Shown here: piece by piece, positions 14,810-28,821 of the stretch
Numbering within the stretch: the first letter of the stretch is position 1
Layout: each line of letters opens with the position of its first letter
Assembly (NCBI GenBank): GCA_964016885.1
Contig: OZ024743.1
Location: 299,460,001-299,524,000 of the forward strand
Source of the DNA: Eledone cirrhosa
Lineage: Eukaryota
Reading direction: 5' to 3'
DNA length: 64,000 nt
The notes under the pieces: generated by a model
Seen by the model: the letters and a program-made list of their open reading frames with translations, nothing else
What the model was told of the DNA's origin: nothing
Databases searched by the model: none
Position numbers and translations under genes: made by a program

Positions 14810-15379
14810 TTCCGTCACTCTTATATAAAAATCTATTCGGTAATGAAAGGAGTGAGGTGGGCGAAAAAGCCAAAATCACTATCTTCAATTCGGTAATCGT
14901 ACATATCCTTAACTATGGTCATGGATCTTGGATAATGACCGAAAGAATACGATGCAAACGGCTGAAATGGGTTCATCCAAAGTAACGTTATTCGATAGAG
15001 TGCGTAGCTCGCAGATCACAGAGTGACTCCAGTTAGAGCCGCTATTTCTCCGAATTGAAATATCTGATACTATGGACATGTGGTTAGAATATCTCAGGAC
15101 AGATTTTAGGGGCAAAATCAACTGGCTGGAGACCCACAGGTGGACCCTGAGCTTGGCTGGTCTCGCTTGAGGATCCAGCCGGATCAGTTGGAGACAGTTG
15201 TTTCTGACAGGACTCGCTGGACAGAGTGTTTGAGGACTCTACCCACACGACCTTCTCAGGAAGAAGAAGAAGAAGAAGAAGAAGAAGAAGAAGAAGAACA
15301 AGAAGAAGAAGAAGAAGAAGAAGAAGAAGAAGAAGAAGAAGAAGAAGAAGAAGAAGAAGAAGAAGAAGAAGGAGAAGAA
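14810..15379 (+). mobile_element. RTE-clade LINE 3' fragment ending in (GAA)n
   Basis: KAKITIFNSVIVHILNYGHGSWIMTERIR, ..EPLFLRIE.., DRTRW..; (GAA)n at 15259-15379; same family as 21600-22700. Confidence 0.8.
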
Positions 15380-16284
15380 AAACAAAATAAAACCGATCTG
15401 ACTTTTATGATGAAACAAAATATAATGAAAATCAGAGTAAAGAGAAATAATCTAGGATTGTAAATAGCGTATATTACGTGGCAGATGTTTGGAGACTCAA
15501 TTATATGAACCACAATTATATAAACAAAAATAGAAAATACTAACCTCGGCAGTATACGAAATCATGAAAGGAACTGACATAACTAAATCCCGTAAGAAAT
15601 GTTATTCTTCCAGCTCAGGCCTTGATAACAAATATTTATAGCAACATCGACCCGGTCACAAAAAGAAAAAAACACACTTAAATCTATTTCAAATCAAACA
15701 AAAACATCTTAACAAAAAGATTAGGAAAATAATCATTGCTACTTTTACGTAACAAATATAAAATAAAAGGAACCGATCGTCAGATGAGATTAAGGAAGCT
15801 ACATTTCGAATCGACTTTTCATTGCTGATGCTCTCTCTTGGTCGAAACTCTTGACAGAAGGAAATGGGATTTGAGCATTCATTTTTCAGAGCCGTATGAG
15901 AAACCGTAAAATCTGATTTAAAATTTCGCATATTCACCACCCATGACATGATTAACCGATCCTGAGCAAATGAAATGCAACGCTGATCTTGATGATATTC
16001 CATCTCAGATCACAAAGAGTCGGACCAAATGCCGAGCCAATTAATCCAATAATCAAATGACAGAGCAAATGTGCCACCGGGGCTAAATGATAATCTTCTC
16101 CCCCTAAAAAAAAAGAAACGAAATAAAAATTTAATAATAGTATTATGCTCGATTTATTTTTCACTGCAAATGTAATATAATGAGTGATAGACAAAGCAAT
16201 ACGATATCTTATACATGCATAGTACAATCTACATGTAAGCAGGAAAACATTTATCACGTTCTTTGGAAAATACATCTCTAATTA

Positions 16285-17983
16285 CACCGTGTAACAAAAC
16301 AATTTTTTTTTCTCTATTCCTGGCTTGTAATCACTTTTTTGTGTTGCTTAGGTCCCAAATAAATTCAAAAGTGCTATTAAACAGTTAAAAGTTGGGGTTT
16401 GTAAAAATTCTAAGCTATTCACTAGAATTATTTGTATGCTGGATTTTACGTTGTATGTAAGTTTAATTTGCTTATGTTAAATGATTTTTTTAATATATGT
16501 TTCAGGTTAAATTAAAAGGATAAAAGTGCAATAAAGTATAAAATGGTTAAAGAGTAGATTAAAGAGATTTATTGATACTGGATTTTCGCACCCTGAATAA
16601 AGGGTAGGTTGTGTTTTAAGCATTCGTCTCCAGGATGAAGCAGTGGAACTTGGTGAAGGAGGAAGTGCAGGTGACAAGTCAGAGAAGTCGACACGAACCT
16701 TTCTCAGGATTTTACACTCTTAGGGATGGCCTCTGCTTCTGCCATGACGTGCCTGGACTGTTTGATGTTATTGGGGTGCCGTTTGTGCCCAAGGAGTGGC
16801 GGCTATTTATACACAGCTCCACCACAAGTTTGAAGGCTGTCCTCCTCAATGGAAATAAGTTCCCGACTGCCCCTAGCTCATTCAGTCTGCCTGAAGGAAG
16901 ATTACTACAGTGTGAAAGTCCTCTTGGAAGTTCTGCAATACAACCAGTACAATTGGGAAATCATTGAAGACTTCAAGATGGTGGCTTTCCTGCCTGGACT
17001 CCAAGGAGGCTTTATCAAATTCCAATGCTTCCTCTGCCTTTGGGATAGCAGAGCCACCTCTGACCACTACAAAAGAAAGAACTGGGAGCAGCGAACAGAA
17101 TTTGTAGTTGGGACCCGGAACGTCATGTGGGAACCACTGGTTGATCCCAGGATTGTGCTCATGCCGCCACTGAACATTAAGTTCGGGTTGATGAAGCAGT
17201 TTGTGAAGGCTCTCAACCAAGAATCAGCCGCTTTTAAGTACCTTCTTGAGTTCTTCCCCAAGTTATCTGAGGCAAAAAAGAAAGGTGGAATTTTTGTTGG
17301 ACCTCAGATAAAGAAGGTATTTGAGTCTACCGAGTTCTCCAATAAGCTCAATAGGATTGAGCGAACAGCATGAAACTGTTTCAAGGCAGTTGTTAAGGGC
17401 TTCCTGGGCAACTACAGAGCTGAAAACGACCAGCAACTGGTGCAGGATCTGATAAAGGCTTTTGGCGCCATCGGATATAGGATGTCACTCAAAGCTGGAC
17501 GCTCACCTGGAAAAGTTCAAGGACAATATGGGCGCCTATTCAGAAGAACAAGGCGAACGATTCCACCAAGATGTGAAAGAGATAGAGCGGAGGTGCCAGT
17601 TCCACTGCAATGAAAACATGTTGGGGGACTATATCTGGGGGCTAGTGCGGGAATGCGACCTGGACTACAACCACAAATCCAGATAATCCAGTCATTTCTG
17701 ACGTGTATAAATTGCTTTATAAGTGTTATTTGTTTCTACTTGTTTGCTTTAGGATAAGCATGTGTAACAAAATAAATATATACTCTGTTGATTTAATTAT
17801 ATGAACTGATAAATTTAAAAAAAATGTGTTTTTTCTTGAAAAATATGAAAATTTCAAAATATCAAACTACTGACCACAAACCCAAACTTCTCATTAAACA
17901 ATAGTATTTTTTTATGATAATGCGATATAACAAACCAGGATATGACACTTAGAACCGGGGAACATAATATATGTTACACGGTG
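16285..17983 (+). mobile_element. TIR DNA transposon, probably CMC/Chapaev3-like, internally deleted, pseudogenised transposase
   Basis: perfect 12-bp TIR CACCGTGTAACA (16285-16296, 17972-17983) flanked by TA; transposase pieces SLKAVLL, PLAHSV, CFLCLWDSRA, PPLNIKFGLMKQFVKAL, GIFVGPQI, SEEQGERFHQD; superfamily assigned from recalled motifs and CAC termini. Confidence 0.75.
16635..17686 (+). pseudogene. frameshifted transposase of the TIR element
   Basis: ORFs 16635-16967, 16849-17373 and 17462-17686 join through frameshifts and a stop. Confidence 0.8.
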
Positions 17984-18301
17984 TATCTGAATACCTTATT
18001 TTCTGAATTCGTTTCAGAACAACTGATTTTCATGAGTTTTATATATGCTTTTCTTTTTGGTCATAGCTTCCATATGACATCAGAAAATTTCTTGTGTATA
18101 AGCTTTTCATTTTTTAAAACACACTTCTGTCTGCAACTGCTTAATATATTTCATTCATGAAGATTGTTGTTGTTGAAGCTCATCATTTTCTCCAATATTT
18201 CGTATTTGAGTCTGAATTGACGTTAGCAAGAACTTCATGTATCTCATTGATATGAATTAAATACACACACATACACACTCACACACACACATACACACAC
18301 G

Positions 18302-18353
<52 letters not shown>

Positions 18354-18354
18354 A

Positions 18355-18419
<65 letters not shown>

Positions 18420-19309
18420 GTAAACAAAGTTTTATAGAAGATGAAACTGAGGAGAGGAATGTACGGCCAGGCGTGTGTTGACCTGCAGAAGTGATAGGAA
18501 GAGAGGTGCAAAGGAAGAAAATAGAGAAATGAAAATGAAAGAAATCACACAAACATCATCTGATGACCTCAGTGCTCATACTGGAATGTAGTTTCGCACG
18601 ATTCAAAATTTGAGAGGACTACATATAATTGCTGGCTCGAGCAACAGAAAATAAACATTTCTGATAGTATGGTGTATGCTGGAAAAATGAACAAAGTAAA
18701 TAGACAGAGTGATAGATCGGAGTGAGAGAAGTAGGATGCGCCCGTTTGATACAAAGTCACCGCTCGAAAGGACAGTAAGCCCTAGCGCAGCGGAAGTGGC
18801 AGTAAGCGGAAGTAACAAGCAAGAACAACGGTTGGTCGAATGGGAAGAGAAGAAAAGAAGCAGCAAGAAGAAGAAGAGGAAAATGGAAAGAGAGGACGGA
18901 CGAAAGAGGTAACAAGTAAGGGCGGCGAGTAGAGGAAGGGGGGTAGAAGAAAATGAAGCAGCAAGAAGGAGAAGGGAAAAACGGGGAGGAGAGAAAGGAC
19001 GAAAAGTGAAGGGAGAAAAAAAGGAAAGAAAGAATAAAGAAAAAGCCAACGAATTTCAAGCCAGGGTACCCGTCTAGAATAGAAAGTTACTATAGCTGTG
19101 ATAAAATGTAAATAAAGTTTTCTCGAAGATCGAGTTGAGACGCAAGAATGGGAGATGAGAGGAGATGAGATGATGATTTCGTTTATTTTCATTTTCTTTA
19201 TTTTCTACCATTGCTCTTTTCTTCCTATCACTTCTGCGGGTCAACACACTTCTAACCGTTGATTCTTGTCCTCTGAGGTAGGATTTTACCCGAAGACGTC
19301 ATTGACAGC

Positions 19310-19775
19310 ATTTTGCCGTTTTGGCAGCTATCCTTGGCTTGAGTTTTCTCTCTCTCAAACCGTCTGACTCCCACTCTTACCTTGCCTTCACCTCCTCCCA
19401 TCCAACTCACACCAAACATTGCATACCATCTTCCCAATACCTCCACCTTCGTCGACTCTGTAGCCAGGACGACGATTTGGAAAGCCATTCCCTTCACATG
19501 GCCTTCCGCTTCATCTAGCATGGATATCTCCCCACCCTGATACAAGCTACTCTCAACCGCACCTGTGAAACCGACCGTACCAGAACCTTCTCACTCCACT
19601 AGCGCCCTCCCAACACAAGTCGTTCTTTCCCTCTCACCTATCAACCCAACATCCTACCACTCCGGTGACATATTCTCCGTTCCTTCCGCACCCTCTCTGC
19701 TGAGCCCGTCACATCTCGCTTTTATCCTAACCTACCTATTACCGCATTTAAGCGCGCGCGTAACCTCTGCACCCC
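19310..19775 (+). mobile_element. Penelope-like element, RT thumb/linker fragment
   Basis: FTSSHPTHTKHCIPSSQYLHLRRLCS..F.*HGY, PLTYQP, AFKRARNL motifs; the purine-skewed block 18560-19200 may be its inverted pLTR. Confidence 0.8.
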
Positions 19776-19929
19776 CCCCCCCCCTCTATAATTCTCTCAC
19801 AAGGACAGCAAGTGTTTTGTTCGACGACTGCTAAAAACACAGGGGAAACTCAAAATAACATGATTCCAGTTTGGCTTGGACGAATTATATATTAATTTCT
19901 ACTATGTATTGCGACAGTCATAACTAAGC

Positions 19930-19962
<33 letters not shown>

Positions 19963-20814
19963 AATATCATTCATGAGGCATAAGTCAATACAACCGTTCC
20001 CCCACCTCCTTACAAATAACCAATTTTCTCCAGTTTACTACCGAAGAATAAAACATTTCTGCTACATCAGTTTTAGTCCTAAGAACTACTTTCGTTACTA
20101 AATTTTTTTTTTCAAGTAAATCTTCTAGGTTATTTATCATGAAAATACCACCTGAACATACGCCTTTGCAAAAAGCCGTTGATATTTATTATAACCTACA
20201 GGAACATCCATGATAGGATAAATCTTTTTTTTCTTTCATTACTGTAGTTTTAAAAGCAAAATAGCTAACCACAAACAGCATTCAATTTTAATTCCCTTAG
20301 GTCTGGATGGACATATTCTCCGTTAGTTTTATTGCTTTTTCAGATTGAGAATAAAGTTACAAAAAAGAAACGAAAAATCACAATATATGTCTAGGAAAGA
20401 AATACTTTAGAATATCGAACGGAATAGAAAACTCACCGTAATTTCGTAATTCGGATTTTTCGCTGTTTAATATCAGCAGTGAAGAAAGAAAACCTCAAAA
20501 GCACGCGCACATACACACACACGCGCACGCACACACACACACTCACACTCACACACACACACACATACGCACACACACAGACACACACACATACACACAC
20601 ACAAGTGGATGATATAATTTGTTAGATGTAAAATCCTAGAACCATTCATCTATGCTTTCTAATGCCATGGACATTTAACTCCAATGGTATCGTAGCAACG
20701 GTTTTGTGATATTCGGTAAGTCTTAGATATTTCTATATGCCGGAGTCCATCGCTCTCCAGGTCGAACAGAGAGGATTTCCCCAAGAGTGAAAAGTGAGGT
20801 AAAGAAAGAAAGGA

Positions 20815-20940
20815 GATGGATCAATTCCATCACTAGTCCGGTATATAATCGACCTTAAGAGAATGAAAGCCAAAATAGACATCGAATGAGGTTTGGACTG
20901 AGAACGTAGGCAACCGGAACGAATGCTGCGAATCATTATA
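20815..20940 (-). mobile_element. old SINE family A copy
   Basis: TAATCGACCTTAAGAGAATGAAAGCCAAAATAGAC...TTTGGACTGAGAACGTA is a decayed version of the family core and B-box. Confidence 0.55.
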
Positions 20941-21473
20941 TAAGACTTTCTAATGACCCAGCCACCTTTACCATTCACTTAACGAGAGAGGACATTATAT
21001 TTTCATCTTTCAGCCTCCTATAATCTATTGCGGTTACAATGGATGAATTGTGAAGGAAAATGGTGCTTTACTCCCGGCTACTTTGCTGCCAAAGCAAATA
21101 TCACTGATTTTACAGAATGTGAGGCATGTTATCATGGAGAGAGTAAACTGTCACAAATATTTGAGATGAATTATTTAAAATAAACAAATTTAAACGCAAC
21201 AGAAAAACAAATAAACATAATGACAAATACATATAGAAATACATACACACACACACTCACACCCCACACGAATATATATGTGTGTGTCCGTGTGTGTGTG
21301 TTCGTGTGTGTGTTTGGGGGGTCTCTTGATAAGCCGTATCAACCTCACAGAGATGATGCATTTTTATATTGCATGATAGTTGCGTTCGGATAGGCGAAAC
21401 TGCAATCGGGACTTTGAAGAAAAAAGTAGGTATATTTTTGTCTATTATTTCCTCATATTTTGTAATTTGAATA

Positions 21474-21516
<43 letters not shown>

Positions 21517-21599
21517 GTTCTTGTTTTTGTTGGAATTCCCTCAATCTTTCCGACACATATTCCAATAACGGAACAGCCTACTCTGTCACACCGTGCAGA

Positions 21600-22700
21600 T
21601 GGATAATACACCGGAGTAATTAGTCATCTGTCGCGTTGCAGCAAGGGCCTCTAATATATGATACCTTTTGTATTGGTATCAGAACTGTGATCTCTCAATT
21701 CGAAGAAGTAGTGGCTCTACTTGAAGTAACTTTCTGATCCCCGAGCTACGCACTGTATCGTGTAACGTTACTCCAAAGAACATTCGTAGTAACCCCACTT
21801 CGGCTTGTATTCGAAATCGTATTCTTTCGGTCATTACCGAAGATTCATGACCGTAGGTAAGTGTTGGCACGAATACCGGATTGAAAAGATTGACTTTTAC
21901 GCCTGCCTTCCTTCTACAGATTACAGAATGCTGCAGCTGGCATTATACTGCAGCAGCTCCTGTAATTCATACACTTAAATCGGCCTGCAGTTTTCCATCA
22001 CACGTGAACACGGTTTCGAGATACTTGAACGTCTTTACCTGCTTCAGTGGTACTCCTTTTGCATGTTGAGTGCATTGTACAGGCGTCCTTGAGGAGACGT
22101 GTGTCTCAGTTTTCGCAGTACTGATTTTCATTTCAGCCATGCAGCACTCGGCATCACACCTATCAAGTGCAAGTTGGAGATCATCCTCTGTCGAGATAAG
22201 TAACAATACGTCGTCCTCAAATTCCAGACGACGAACTCTACACCCAACGCGGCTGTTCATGTAAATAATCCTGTTCATATAAATAATGAACAAGAGAGGG
22301 GACAGTATGCACCGATGGTGGAGTCCGACTCCCAGATTGAATGGTTTCGATTTAGCCTTATTCACAAGGAAATCAGTCTGTAATTGGAACAATTTCTTCT
22401 GTCTTACTTTTTGAAAATTTGGATTATAATCTTCCGATTGCCATTGCATAGGTGCCTTTCCAGAGATCCGGCTCACCCGGCACGTATGGGTCAGCCAGAG
22501 AATACCTTCGCTATTTAATGCATTTAACATCTCGGTCCGGATTCCATCTTCCCCAGCGACCCTGACACATTTTAGCTCTTCAACTGCTCTTGTGAGCTCA
22601 GTTTCTGAGAGATTAGTCACTGTTACCAGATGCACACAGTGTACATCAGAATATTTTGTTGTGATCGGATTTAGGAGATCAGGAAATGATTAATTCGTGT
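21600..22700 (-). mobile_element. RTE-clade LINE RT fragment with internal deletion
   Basis: AGEDGIRTEMLNAL, VGLHHRCILSPLLFIIYM, LEFEDD, FKYLE, PTLTYGHESSVMTERIR, EPLLLRIERSQ. Confidence 0.85.
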
Positions 22701-23920
22701 GGACAGAGTTATTGTTCTAATGAATGTGTTTCAGGGGGTGGATAGCGATATGATGGTACTGGATATGATGGCTAGTTATATTTGCGGGGAATTGCTGGAA
22801 GAATAAGCAACTCCGGACCAACGGCGGTAAATTAAGATGGGAGATAGAGTAATGGTTGACACCTGTAGCTCCCAAGAAGACTCTCACAGCCCAGTGATGT
22901 ATCTACGTCGATACAAGTAAAGGCTACCTCTGAAAAAGCCTAGTCTTTACCGGTTTCACAAAGTACTAGATTCTTGAATGGCGTGAATAAGGCCACTGAA
23001 ACTGAAACTTCAATATAATGAGGAGAACAAAACTAAACCACTGTGGACAGGAACCCGTTTAGAGGGAGGACGTACCTCTTTAAGCTTAGGTTAAAAGATA
23101 GGTCTCGGTGGTCGGTGTAAGTTTATGCACCAAACAAGGAGCCCGATACATATTCTTCCTTGAAGTCATTCTAGCGTTAGAAATACGTATGTATCACTAT
23201 TAAATCATTTAATATGTAATGTCGAGGAAAGTCTTTTCAATATCAAGACAAAACATTATAAATGCACGTTGTTGGCATTGCTATTCTTAGAGATCTTCAA
23301 GTATATATATTTTTTGTTTTTTCCCTTAACAAGCTTCAGATTACATTTGTATACATCGATTTTGTTCTTTGTAGCTGAAATCTGCCATTATTAAATTTTT
23401 ACAGCAAAAGTAATATCAGTTTAATGAAGATTAATGAAGAGACATCAGAAGAGGTGAGTTCTGAATATTTTTTCTTGACGCAACATCACGGATTCCAGAA
23501 CTATTCTTTGTTATACCAGTGCAAGAGCTTTTAGTGTGACATGCGTTATATTGTACTTGGGTGTTTGGTCAGTGTACTGCTTCATTTATAATGTTTTATA
23601 CATTGCAATCAGAATTTCATGTGTCAGTGTTATGATATATGGGGAAATATCGTTATTTATACTATATGTTCTTTTTCCGATTTATATATTTTTTAACGCA
23701 AGGTATTCATCTGTATTAATATTACACTCAACATCACACCTTTCAGTGACAGGATAATACATAACATTATATATACACACCCACACGTAGACACATACGC
23801 AGACACAGACACATACACAGACACACAGACACAGACACATACACAAACACACACACGCATACACACACACACGCACACGCACGCACACACACACACACAC
23901 ATACACACACACACACACAC

Positions 23921-23989
<69 letters not shown>

Positions 23990-23991
<2 letters not shown>

Positions 23992-26900
23992 AAGAAGTGT
24001 GGCTGTTAGAAAACATTCTCTACAGGTCACGTTATATAGGGAAAATAATTTAAAAAAGCGGTTCGTAAAGCGCACCTGGTATCTAAACTATAATGAAGTA
24101 AGGAGTGCGGCACTGCGTCCAGAATATTTTTTTTATCCCGTTTGCACCCTGATGAAGAACTTAGAGACCGTCCTGATATTTGTGCAAGAGTCTTCAAGGT
24201 CAAGAATGACAGCATCATGGATGACATACTGAAAAGATATGTCGTAGGAAAAGTTGTGGCTCATTCTGCTACAATAGAGTGGCAGAAACGAGGCCTCACT
24301 CGTGCTCATATTCTGCTGATAATGGCTGAAAATAGCAAACCCCAAACTGCTGATGCCATTAATCAGGTAGTGTACTCTGAGACTCCTGATAAAGAGACTA
24401 ATCCAATTCTGCAAAAGATCATCACATCTTGCAATATTCATAGCCCACGTGGACAAGCTAATATGATGTGCCCATGTACGGAAGGGCTAGGACAACAACG
24501 CCATTGCTCAAAAAGTTATCCCAAGTCATTCAGACAAACCACATTTATTGCCAAAAATTCCCTTCCGGAGTATAGAAGAAGGGATAGACAGCATAAAATC
24601 CAATTTAAAGGTCAAGAATTTACTGTTGATAATCGTTGGATTGTTCCATAAACCCTTTCCTCTCATTGAGATATCAGTGCCACATCTACTGTGAGGTTGT
24701 CCACAGTGTCAAGGCTGTTAAGTACTTATATAAGTACATCACGAAAGGATCAGATAAGATCACTTTCACTATTACAGATGATCAAGGAAATTGTGTCCAT
24801 GCCCAAAATGAGATTGAAACCTATATCAATGCACGGTACATCTCAGCCAGTGAAGCATTCAGGAGAATCTATAAATTTCCATTACATCATCGAAAACCGC
24901 CAGTTGAAAAGTTCCCTTGCCATTTACCTGGGGAACAAATGGCCGTGTATGAGCGGGGGCAGGAAGAAAGTGTTGTTTCTAGGGGACAGCCAATGACTAA
25001 GTTGACGGAATATTTTCAACTGAATATTAGAGACCCACTGGCACAAAATATATTGTATATTGATATTCCTAAATATTTCACTTGGACAAACAAAAAGTGG
25101 CAAAGAAGAAAAAAGGGACATCTGGATGGTGATCAACAATTTATGAGTGAATTTCTTGGACGCATTCCAACAGTATCTCTCAGTAGACATCAATCTGAAT
25201 TATATTACCTCAAAATGATCCTACATCACAAGGCTGGGTCAACTTCATACAAATAATTGAGGACAATTGAAGCAGTTGAATTACCAACACTCCAAGAAGC
25301 ATGCAGGAAACTTGGTCTGTTAGATGAAGATGGAGAAAAAGACAAAGCTATGGAAGAGGCCTCATCCATTACGCTTGGTCGTCAGCTGCGACAGATCTTC
25401 TGCACCATTTTATTGTACTGCATGCCAAATGACCCTCTGCAGTTCTGGGAGAAATGGAAGAATTGTCTTGCAGAGGTTATCATGCATGAACGTCGTGAGC
25501 AAGTCATGTCCATGCAAACCGTGCAGATTGTTCTACAGAAGATCCAACAAAGACTTCAACATGATGGCTTGGACATTCATGCCAACTATGGACTTCCTCG
25601 CCAGACCCAACTATTGTTGCCATACCAGAAATCAACAAGGTTCTTATGGCAGAAACTAATTTCAATACACACCAACTGCAAGCAAACATAAATGAACTTC
25701 TGCCAACATTGAATCCTGAGCAACTGGCTATTTTTCACAAAGTAATCACCTCTGTAAATGAAAATGAAGGCAGAATTTTCTGCTTGTGCAAATACAGGAA
25801 AGACCTATGAGATGAACATCCTATAGGATTACCTCCGATCTAAAAAGAAAATTGCACTTGCCACTGCCATATCTGAAATAGCAGCCACTTTCCTTCACAA
25901 AGGTAGAACTCTTCATTCCAAGTGCAAGATTCCTATCAATGTGACTGCTGAATCAACTTGCTTCTTCACAAAGAGGGATGACACAGGTAAACTTATGCTG
26001 CAAGCTGACCTGCTAATGAGAGAGGTATTGGACATAATCATATCTTTGAATGCCTTGGTAGGAGCTTAAAAGATGTTCGAAATTGCAAAAGGCTATTTGG
26101 TGGTCTAACAGTATTACTAACTGGTGATTGGAAGCAAATTCTTCCAGTTGTACGGCATGGTGCTAGACCACAAATAGTTGAGGCAACCATCAAGAAATCC
26201 TATCTCTGGGACTATGTGGAAACCATGGAGATGTCAACCAATCAATGGTTAATTAATACAGAGGATTCTGATGAAAGACAGTTTGCAAACTACCATCTTG
26301 ATATGGGAAATGGTAACATTCCAACTGTCCCAACTGTAGGTGCATTCACAATTCTTCTGCCAAATGAAATTTGTCTGGAATATGGTGATGTGCCTGGCCT
26401 GTGTGATTTTGTGATTACAAATCTTCCAGGAAACTACACAAACCCACTATGGCTTGCAAATAGAGCCATTATCACTCCAACAAATGATGCAGTAAGATTG
26501 GTGAATGAGTTCATGGTCAACAAGTTCCCTTGTTATAAAATAATCTACAGAAGCTCTGATACAGTAGATAATGAACTGCAATATCCAATTGAGTTAATCA
26601 ACAAACTTACCCCATCAGGATTCCCAACACACATAATTAAACTGAAGAAAGGCAGTTGCATTATGCTTCTGAGAAATCTGGATCCTCTAAACGGGCATTG
26701 AAATGGTACACGCTACATCATCATCAGTTTACAGAATCATGTAATTGAAGCTGAAGTGGCATTTGGTCCCAATGCTGGAACAAGGTTGCTAATCCCAAGG
26801 ATACCACATGTATCTCAATAGCTTGAGTTCACTTTCATCTTTACTCGCAAGAGTAAAGATGAAAGTGAACTCAATTCTTTTCGCATGGTCAAATGTATGT

Positions 26901-27460
26901 TGCATTATCGCGAGTTACAAACAAAGAAAATATAAAAATATTAAATGAAAGGGCGTTGTTTGCTGACAACAGTGTATACAAAGAAATTCTACAGTGATGT
27001 GAAACAGCTATCACTCTCTTTTAGCTGAAATGCATTTCAGTTTCTTTTTAACTGCTAGAAAAGGGACACTACAAAAACTTAAGAAGACTATATGTGAATA
27101 CAGTAAAACAACAATATAGCGAAGGTCAACTCTTCATATTGGTAAATGTAATTCATTCATTCATACGAGCAGCATCTATTTTCAAATTCACTGCATGAAG
27201 CTTCCCATCGACATTCTCAAGTGAAGATTCATGAACATTTTCCGTCAACGCTTTCATCGCTTTTCCATCTCTGTTATTGCTTTTTAAAAAAAGGATCATG
27301 GATTACTTTACTCATTACAGAAGTAAGTGTAACACACTCTTTGTTCACTTTATGTGCATATTGTCAATTTACGTATTATATCTATGTGCATATATATTTG
27401 CGTATATCAATATATACACTATACATGCGAGTAGAAAACCGCCCAGGATCTTTATAGCAT
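23990..27460 (+). mobile_element. decayed autonomous Helitron (5'-truncated RepHel)
   Basis: Rep motifs IEWQKRGLTRAHILL and KAVKYLYKYITKG; Pif1-type helicase motifs GKT, GRTLHSKCKIP, FGGLTVLLTGDWKQILPV, AIITPTND, IMLLRNLD..NGTR, VYKEIL; decayed 3' hairpin GCGAGT..ACCGC then TATAG near 27427-27458. Confidence 0.9.
24142..27000 (+). pseudogene. Helitron Rep-helicase pseudogene
   Basis: ORFs 24142-24651, 24636-25256, 25257-25691 and 26216-26701 separated by stops and frameshifts. Confidence 0.9.
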
Positions 27461-27597
27461 GTACAAAACACTGATGTTCAGCAAAGCTTGCTTTCTCCGT
27501 TTTTAAATTTTCAAACCATTTCTTTTTTTTTATTATCCTTTCGTTCAGACGCCTGCATACTGTTTTACGATTGCATGGTTTGGGTCGCAGCCTTCGT

Positions 27598-27750
27598 GTT
27601 TCGAAAATGAGTGCGAAGGCTACTACCTCGGATATTACGGTCTCACAGATGGCCAGCACATCTATGTTCAGTGACCTGTGCTCGTTAAGCAGGTGATTCT
27701 GCTTCCAAGAAGACCCAATACCAATTGCTTTTATAATGCTAATCCTGATA
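27598..27750 (-). mobile_element. isolated N-terminal APE fragment of the L1/Tx1 family
   Basis: IRISIIKAIGIGSSWKQNHLLNEHRSLNIDVLAICETVISE aligns with ORF2 start LRIGSINARGLGSSWKQGHLLNDLRSLNIDVVAISETRISE. Confidence 0.85.
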
Positions 27751-27763
27751 AAAATAATAATAA

Positions 27764-27825
27764 TTGTTTCTACTTTTGGCACAAGGCCAGCAATTACTCA
27801 GTGTATTACTGGTACTTTATTTTCT
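27764..27825 (-). mobile_element. SINE family A 3' fragment
   Basis: TTGTTTCTACTTTTGGCACAAGGCCAGCAATTACTCAGTGTATTACTGGTACTTTATTTT. Confidence 0.8.
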
Positions 27826-28225
27826 CGAGAAAAATAAAAATAATAATAATAAAAAGAAGTTCTAACCAATTATCTATATAGGATAATTATGTTTATTCAG
27901 GTATGATGCGTGTTTCGCAATCGATCAGTTCAATTCACGTAAGTGTAAAAGCCAAATTCCCTATCTTCATTTCAGTATTCGTGTCATCATTTAGCTATAC
28001 ACATGGATCCTGGGTAATGACCGAAAAAATACGATGGTGAATAAGAGCGTTCAAGAATACTTCTTGGGTTCACACATTGCTGAATTACTAAACCCGGTCA
28101 CAAGAGCACAAGAGCATCTACTGGTACACAGTTAAACTCACAGGCAACTATGATTTAGGCGATATTTGAAATTGAAATTCTTAATTTAATGCCGTCAGTT
28201 ATTCCGCTCTATTTTATTTTTCTGG

Positions 28226-28351
<126 letters not shown>

Positions 28352-28424
28352 ATACTTGAGGAGGTTCATACTTTTGTAATAATATTGCCAGAATTAATAA
28401 TATATATATATATACACATAGATA

Positions 28425-28560
28425 AAACGCATTTAATATAGAAATCACTCCTCAGGAATAGAACTGTTTCACTCGAAAGATATCATCGGGGTTTTCGTGA
28501 TGATTTTCTTCGAATTAAACAGTTCTAGTCCTGTAGAAGCCATTTCTATATTAAATTTGT
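28425..28560. repeat. inverted repeat with decayed hammerhead-like arms (PLE pLTR remnant)
   Basis: about 60-bp arms; minus arm reads CCGATGA T ATC TTTC GAG T GAAACAGTTCTA; related sequence at 38060-38150 and 56115-56155. Confidence 0.6.
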
Positions 28561-28769
28561 TATTTACACTCTACTAATGTATTGAGTACCTTACCTTCTG
28601 TAGTTACCCTCGATTGGATTCGGGACTCATGTACATATATATATATATATAAAATATACCAATCATGCAGCTAATTTTGCAACAGTATCTCTCTCATTAT
28701 TGTTATCCCCGCCTCTCTCTATATGAAATATTGATATATTTACACACACACACACACACATACACCCCC

Positions 28770-28821
<52 letters not shown>

